Virus record (IMG/VR): IMGVR_UViG_3300027822_000003 | Coordinates: 1-62,626 of that record | Source of the DNA: a virus | Direction: 5' to 3' (one strand) | Length of the DNA: 62,626 nucleotides | Part shown: positions 51,070-60,000 of the stretch, one piece after another | Layout: every line of letters starts with the position of its first letter | Position numbering within the stretch: the stretch's first letter is position 1 | The notes under the pieces: model-generated | Seen by the model: the letters and a program-made list of their open reading frames with translations, nothing else | The model's database searches: none | What the model was told of the DNA's origin: nothing | Position numbers and translations under genes: made by a program

Positions 51070-54000
51070 ATGACACAAGAAACATACAACCCAGAAGAAT
51101 GGGGCGTAGCATCTTCTAATAAACAAAGGTTACCACTTGCGGATAGAAATAATAATCCTGGCAATTTAAAGTATGCTAACCAAAAAAAGGCATCAAAAGG
51201 AGAAGGTGGATTTGCTCGTTTTGACGCTCCCGTAGAGGGATTTCACGCCTTACAAGATCAGGTTGTCCTTGATTCTTCAAGAGGCCATACGCTTGGGAGT
51301 TTTATCAAAAAATATGCACCACCTTCCGAAAACAATACTGCAAACTATCTTTCATTTATGGAAAAAGAACTCGGTGCTAATGCAGACGCACTACTTTCTA
51401 CTCTTGGTGTAAATAAAATTTCTAATGCGATTGCTAAATTCGAAGGCGGGACGAAATCAGGCAAGCAGCCAGGAAAAAGGGAAACATACAATCCAGATGA
51501 ATGGAGTGTAAAACCACAGGATGAGATGGAAGCAGGTACCTATAACCCAGATGAATGGAGTTCGGAGCCTCTTGGAAGTGTTGGGGAACCTGATCCTGAA
51601 CCTAAAAGCACATTAGGTGTTTTCACAGAGGGCATAAGCAGGCTACCAAAAAATCTGGCTAAAGAAACAATCGGGCTATTCCAAGGCGCAAAAGGGGCGA
51701 GTGTTGCGGATCAAGGATTTCTTGATAAATGGTACAATAAAGTAGAGGCTGAGAATACCGCCCTAAGCGAAGAGGCTAAAGCTGGTGGCGGCAAATTCAT
51801 ACCTGGTGTATCAGATGAAGCTGTCAGCAGTGCGCTTTCAAGTTTGCCCTATACAGGTTTGGCAATGGCCGGTGCTACTGCCGGAGCCGCGGTCACTTCT
51901 CCAATCCCTATACCTGGGGCAAGGGTAGCAGGCGGCCTGGTCGGATCGCATCTTGCTACAAATAGGGTATCAGCTTATGCCGCTATGAACCGGAACCTTA
52001 AACGCCTAAACGACTTGAATATACAAACAACTGGCGAACCCATAACGATAGAACAAGAAAATGAATTTAAAGAGGTCTATGGTTCTGAAATTGGTAAAAT
52101 AGCTGATTGGGAATCTATCCCGGAAGCAGCTGGGACAGTAATAGAATTAGTTATATATGGCATAGGCTCTAAATTACCCGCGCCTATGAGAGAGAAAGCT
52201 GCAAAATTAGTAAGCAGTCTGATCAAGAATAAAATTGCGAAAGGTGCCGCAGTTAATTCGACAAAATTGCTCGGTACTCTTATCTCTGAAACAGCGGAAG
52301 AAGTCGTAAGTGGTATTGGCGGGGGTAATGTCGAGGCCGGGATGTGGGGAGAAGAACAGCAGGAATGGGATATCCCTACAGCATTAAAAACAGCAAAAGA
52401 GGTAGCCCCAACCGTTGCTGTGACAGCAGGGCTTGTGCATGGTGCTGGCACGGTCGCAGGTAAACTTTCCAAAAAAGAAAAACCAGAAGACCAGACAAAA
52501 GATAAAAAAGTTTTTGCAGATCAACTGAATGTCTTATCGGACGGATTAAAAAAATCAGATAACAAACTTGCCGACATAAGCACAACAGTTGATCTGCATT
52601 CTAATCTTGCTGATGATCCTAAAAAACAAGTTGCCATTGATAAGGTAATTTTGGAGGCAGCGGGGCAAGGATTACAAGACGGCACGTTAACTTCGGACAA
52701 TTTGACCGAGGTAGTACAACGATTACCAGAAGATGATCCACTAAGGATAGCCTTGACGCCTCAAGTTGAGGAAAAGCCGGTACCTGTTGAACCAACTAAG
52801 CCGGAGTTAATGCCGGAGCCGGAAGTAAGCGGCACTAAAACCATTCTTGAACAAATGCAGGAAGATAAAAGCCTTCCCGAAGAAAAAAAGCTTACTGGTG
52901 CAGAACGTAGACAGCAAAGAATTAATGCTGCTGGTGAGATAAAAAGACCAGCGGAGGTTATTAAAGACCATTATCCAGCGGGCAAAACCGTGACGATGGA
53001 AGAGATAGAAGGCTTACTCAAAAAAAGAAAAATTACCAATGAAAAAGATAAGGCCAGAATTGAGGAGTTATCAAAAGGTACTCTCCAAATGCCTATTGAT
53101 ATCGACATTAAAGCTAAAACACCCCAAGATAAATATAAAATAGATAAATCTCTTAATTTTATAGATACTGCTACAGAAAAATTAGGGGGTAAGCTCGCTA
53201 TCAATATTGTTGATAAGAATGGCAGGCCAATATCACCTGCCGGGGTTCGGGAACTTTCTTTAGGGGAAGATAAGCCGACTACGCAAATAGAAGGACAGCG
53301 CAATCTCGAAGCAATAGAAAAAGAAATCACAGACCGCTGGAAAAAATCCAGAACATTACCCGCCGGGAAAAAGAAATCTCAGATAGCCAACGAGATTGCA
53401 GTTTTAAATAATGAACTTGCGACCGCTATGAAATCGGCTGATAAGGAAGAGCGCGGTGGACGTGTTGCTCCTGAGCGTGGACGTAAAGAAAAGATTTTTG
53501 AACCGGTAACATCTGAACCTAAACCTGGTGAGCCTGAAAAAGAAATCCCAAAATCCCCAGATGGTAGATACCAAATTAGTAAAATCCAAAAGCCCAACCA
53601 GTCTGGAGTTAAAGGAGTACGTTATATCTATCCTGATAGAAACATGGGTATCTTAAAGGAAGAGGCCGATCCACAGGCAGCTTTTAAAACGCTTGAAGAA
53701 GCCATTGAGGGCGCAAAAAAAGATAGAAAACTGGATGATGCGAATAAGCTTTTCAGGGATAAACAAGACGCAAAAGATAAAATAGAAAAAGAAAAAGCTG
53801 ATAAAATTGAAGCAGAAAAGCGGGATATTGACGGATTCGGTGACAATTTATCAGCCATGCGAAAAGGTAAAGTCGTAAAAGATTTAAACAAGAAAGTTAA
53901 TATCGATGGCGTTCCAACTACATTAAAAGACTTAATCCGTAAAGAAGTAGCAGCAGACAGTGCTTTAACTATACCAGGGAATATCCTTGGGAAGCCTGAT

Positions 54001-57000
54001 GAACGCGGGTCAGTAATCGGGTTTGATGTTGGGAAGACTGGTGGCAAGTATGCTCAATATCTTATTGATAGAAAAGGTAAAGGCAAAACTGAAATTTTAC
54101 CGAAACCAGTTTTAAAAAAAACACCAGAAAAGGAAGAAACCAAACCAAAAAGTAAGATAGCTTCTGAAATGTCAGCAAATGAAATGTTGGCTGAATGGGA
54201 TAAACAAGCAGCGCAGATAGAAACACCAACGCCAAAAGACAAGTTATCTGAAACAAAAGCACATCTTGCAAAAGCTGCCGATGCTTTCAAGGCTATTAAT
54301 GATATCATTGGCAAAAAAGGTGCTATTTCTAATGAGGTCGATGAACGGAATTGGTCACAGATAAAACCTCTTCTCAAAGTTGCTTTTGATGAAATTATAG
54401 CGGCTGGTAAAAGTGGGGCTGAATTTGTTGCAATTGCGATGAAAAGTCTAAGCCCTGCCGGTAAACCATACTTTGAAAAGTTTGTTAAAGAAGAAATAGG
54501 AAAGGAGGCCACCAATGTTACCGATAATGTTAGAGGGGGCAAACCACAGAAAACAACGGTTAAAGATGATACAGAACGCATTGGAATGGAAGGCCCCGCA
54601 GATGTATCAAGGGTTGAAACAAAAGAGGGAGTTGTTAAACTTCCTAAAGGAGACGGAAGCACAGGTAATGTCAGTCTTCAGGGAAGAAAAAAAGGAAAAG
54701 ATTTGGTCGAAAAATCTAAGCCAAGTCAAAAACCCGATAGCGCAGGTACAAAAAACAGAAATGTTGATAAAGAGAATATGGGAAGAGACGCTGGAAACGT
54801 TTCTGGATTTCAGCGATCAGACTATATAATCAAGCCCGGCACGTTAGAACGAGAAGGTAGCTGGAAAGATGCCGCAACAAATAACCTTGATGCTATTGAA
54901 TTGTTTAAAAAAATAAATAAAGAAAAAAGGCTTGCTACTCTAAAAGAACAAAAAATTCTTGCTAAATATGTAGGATGGGGAGCGTCCGAGTTAGCGAATA
55001 ATATGTTCCCAGGGTATGCACAACATGGAGAGCTTTTACCAGATTGGGCAGAAATTAAATGGTTGCCGAACATAAAGCGTCTTGTTGATCTTCTGTCACC
55101 TGAAGAAATAAAAACTGCTGCGAAGAGTACTCAATATGCTCATTATACAAACGAGCCAATAATTAAATCTATTTACAAAGCTCTTGCCAGAATGGGGTTT
55201 AAGGGCGGAAAGATTCTTGAGCCTGGTATGGGGATAGGTAATTTTGTAGGGTTACTTCCTGCCAAGATGCGGAAAACATCAAATTATACAGGGGTTGAGA
55301 TGGATTCCATTTCTGCCGGGATAGCAAAGCTGTTATATCCTACACAAAATATGTTGCAATCGGATTTTGTTAAACAAGCCTTCCCAAAAAACTTTTTCGA
55401 TGCTGCAATCGGCAACCCTCCATTTGGAGGAATAAAAATACTTGGGGACCCTGAATACAGGAAGCATAGGTTCTCTTTACACAATTTCTTTTTTGCCAAA
55501 ACAATTGACAGGGTAAAGCCTGGAGGGCTTTTAATTTTTGTTACCAGTCGATATACAATGGATGCAAAAACAGATAAAGCCAGGCAATATATATCTGACA
55601 AAGCAGATTTGTTGGGCGCAATAAGACTCCCTCAAACAGCTTTCCTTGAAAGTGCAGGTACAGAAGTTGTAACGGATGTTTTGTTTTTACAGAAAAGAGA
55701 ACCGGAAGAAAAAAAACAGGGTGAGGCTTGGTCGAAACAAAAAGATGTTTCTATTGGCAATGAAGTATCTTTAATCAATGAATATTTCGTTAACAATCCC
55801 GACATGGTGCTTGGTGAGCATTCCCTTGAAGGTAAAATGTATGGGAAAAATCAATATACAGTAAAACCTATTGATGGGGAAATAGAAGATCTTTTTGAAC
55901 AGGCGACAAAAAAATTGCCTGCCAATGTTTACCAAAAAGTTTCAAACAAAGTTAAAGAAAAATTTAAAAAACAATCTATAATTGAAAGAGACTTTGATCC
56001 CAAAAATAAAAAAGAAGGCGGTATCTATTTAAAAGACGGGTCCGTTATGAAGGTTGATTTCGGTTCTGGTGTTTCTGTTGATTCACTGCATAAAGGAATT
56101 ACGCCTAAAACAACTGGTTTTTTAAAGAGTTATATTAAACTAAGAGATGCTTTAAAACTTTCACATAAAGCGCAACTCGAAAATGGAGATTGGGAAAAAG
56201 CATTAATAACTCTTAATAAAGAGTATGATAACTTTGTTAAAAAACATGGTAAGATCAGATCGTTTACTACGACATTGCGTAAAAAAAAGAATGCCGAAGG
56301 AATAACGGAAAAAGTTGAATACCGTAATTATAAAAACCAATCCCTTGTTGAGATAGATTGTGAATCTTCTCTTGTTTTAACATTAGAAAACATAACGAAT
56401 AATGGAGAAATTACTAAGTCAAATGTTCTTAAAGGTAGGACAGTACAGAAGCCAACTACTCCTATAATTAAATCTGTCCCTGATGCTTTCGCCGTTTCGT
56501 TAGACATGGTAGGAACCCTTGACATTGATCATATATCAAGTTTAATTAAAAAATCAAACAAGGAAGTTGTAGAAACTCTTGGCAATTTAATTTATAAGGC
56601 TCCTGATGGGTCTGGTTATATAATGTCAGATGAATACTTATCCGGCAACGTTGTAAAAAAACTTCAAGAAGCAAAGGCAGCCGCAGTTTTGGATTCTGCT
56701 TTTGAACGCAATGTTGTAGCCCTAAAAAAAACACAACCAGAACCATTAAGCCCAAAACAAATTACAATAACGCCAGGAGCCACATGGATACCTATTGAAT
56801 ATTATAGCCAATTTGCTACAGAAATTCTTGAACTGCCAAATACAGAAGTCACATATCAGCCAATTGATAATTCGTGGAAAGTGTTACCCAAAGAAGATAC
56901 GAGACCAAGCTGGCGCAGGCGTGGAGATAGACAAGGTTATTCTCCACAAGAGTTAAGGGATGCTGCAAATGAATGGGGAACAGAACACCGTGGGCCTAAT

Positions 57001-60000
57001 GAAATTTTTGATTCAATTTTGAATAACAGAAGCATCAGAATCACATACACTATTGATATAGAAGGCGGTGGGAAAAAAACTGTTTTTGATGCTGAAGCTA
57101 CTGCCACGGCAAATGAAATTGTTAAAAAGATTAGGAACCGGTTTAATTCATGGGCATGGGAAAATGTTGATAGGGCAAGCGATTTAATAGATATTTATAA
57201 TTCAAAAATAAATGTTATCAAAGGCAGGAAATTCGATGGTTCACACTTAACCCTTCCAGGGATGAGTAATCATTTTATCCCGTATGATCATCAAAAACGT
57301 GTTATTTGGCGGATACTACAGTCTGGGAATACCTATATGGCACATTCTGTAGGAGCAGGTAAAACCTTTATTATGATCTCTGCTGGTATGGAAATGCGCC
57401 GGTTAGGAATGATTAATAAGCCTCTTTATGTTGTCCCTAAACATATGCTTGGACAATTCGCGCAGGAGTTTCAGGAGCTTTATCCTATGGCGAATATTCT
57501 TGTAGCTGATGAAAAGAATTTTTATACAGAAAATAGAAAACGATTTGTAGCGAAAGCGACTTTAAACGATCCCGATGCCGTTATTTTAACTCATTCAAGT
57601 TTTGGTATGCTTGGAGTTAAAGAAGAAACATTAGCACCTGTTAGAGATGAGTTTTTAGAGCAAATGAGATTTTCATTATCTGAAATGGAAGATGATGATG
57701 AACCAAAAATGAAAATTAAACGGATGGAAAAAAGGATTGAGCAGGCAGAGCAACGGTTTAACTCCTTACTTTCAGATGGTGACAATGTTGTTTCTTTTGA
57801 AGAACTTGGTGCAGATTTTGTATTCGTGGATGAAGCTCATGAATTTAGAAAATTAGATTTCGCTACAAATAGGCAAATAAAGGGAATAGATTCTCAGGGT
57901 TCAAAAAAGGCTATTGACCTTTATATAAAAACACTTTGGTTGGAAAAGCAAAACCGTGGGCGATCACATGCTTTTGCGTCTGGGACACCTATTGTAAATA
58001 CTTTGGGGGAGTTGTACACTCTCCAAAGATTTTTTGATCAAGGGGAAATGGAAGAAGATGGAATAAACCATTTTGATGCATGGGCGAATATGTTCGGAGA
58101 GCCTGTATCTGATTATGAAATGACCGCTTCTGGAAAATATGAACAGGTAGAAAGGTTTTCAAAATTTGTTAATCTCCCTGAGTTAATGTCTCGCATTAGA
58201 ATGTTTACAGATGTGTTAACAAGTTCCCAATTAGGGACAAGGGTTAATCGACCTAAAATCAAGAATGGAGCGGCACAGATAGTTCTTGCACCAGCGAATG
58301 AAAGGCTTAAAGCATATCAAAAAGATAATTTACAACCAAGAATAGAAGCAAGCCGAGCTTGGAAGCCATCTCAGGGTCAACCTGGGAACCCCGATCCTAT
58401 TATTAACATAATAACTGATGGGAAATTAGCTTCTATTGATATGCGATTTGTTGACCAAGGGGCCAAAAATGATCCTGAAAGCAAATTAAACATATGGATA
58501 GATGGAATTATTAAAACATATAAAGAAACAAAAGATTTTGTTTATGCTACAGAGTATGGGACATCCCAAAAATCAAAAATAAAAGGCGGGTGCCAAATAT
58601 GTTTTTATAATAATGGGTTTGGGAGCGGTGTAATTAAGCGTAGAGGGTTTGATTCTAAAGCATTTGTAATGCAAAGGCTTAAAGACGCAGGTATTTCCTC
58701 AAGAAATGTTGGTTGGATTGATGATTATAAAACTGCCCCAGCAAAGCAAGCGTTCTTAAAACTCGTACGCAATGGGAAAAAGAGAATATTACTTGGTTCC
58801 GCAAAGAAGATGGGAACAGGTATTAATGCTCAAAACAGGTTAACGCATTTGCATTATTTGGATGCGCCTTGGTATCCTGCTGACGTTGAACAGCCAGAAG
58901 GCAGAATAATCCGGCAAGGGAACCAAAACACAGAAGTATCTTTATACAGGTACGCTACAAAGGGAAGTTATGATGCAACTTTGTGGCAAATGGTTGCAAG
59001 GAAAGCCAGGTTTATAGACCAAGTATGGGTTGGTGATAAGAATGTAAGATCAATTGAGGATATATCAGAAGCTAGTCAATATGAAATGGCTGCGGCGTTG
59101 GCCTCTGGAGATAAAAGAGTAGTTGAACTTGTTGGGATAAAAGCCGATATTGAAAGATTCCACCTTCTTAAAACTGCACACCAGGATAATCAAACAAAAT
59201 TAGCATCCGATAAGCGTAATCTTGAAAAAAGTATTTCTATAACTCAAGGATGGCTTGAAGATTTTGGAACCATTGAAGATTCCTTGCCTGGTTTTATTGG
59301 TGCAGAGATTGACGGGAGAGTTGGGAATGAAACATTTACGGAACGGAAAAAGTTTGGGGCCGCACTAAAAAAACAAATCAAACAAGTTTTTGTTGAGAAG
59401 AATGAAAGCCTTTCTATGCTTGGCTCTATTAGTGGAATAGATATTAATGTTGAAACTATAGAGGGCGTAACGAGACAGATAACAGCCCCAAAGTTAGATA
59501 TTGAAATTTCAAAAAATGATTTTCGCCGTACAATTGATAATACCTTTACATCACAAGAAGGATGGGACGCTACCGATGCCGTTGGGTTAACAAAAAAAAT
59601 TACCAATACAATCAATGATCTTTCCTCTGTTAAATCAGAATCAGAAGAAAAGCTTGATCAAGACAAAAAGAAAATTGAAAGGATAAACAAAAAGCTTGGG
59701 GCCCCCTTTGAGCATGCAAAAGAATTTACAGAAAAAATTGCCGAAGCGGCATCCCTTGAAAAAGAATTATCCGAAGAAGAACCTGTTATCCCAGAAACTA
59801 AAGATATCCAATTTGAAACAGCCGGAACAAAAGGCCGGCCACTAACAAACGAGGATATAAACAAAGCCTTCGGCAAAATGAAAAATGTCACTACAGGCCA
59901 GGATAAGGCAAATAATTTCTGGTTTCAGTTTAAAGGCTTCCCGAAATTTACGATCCTTGAGGTGGATTCAATTAATGATCGGGTAGGTCTTACAGATAAA

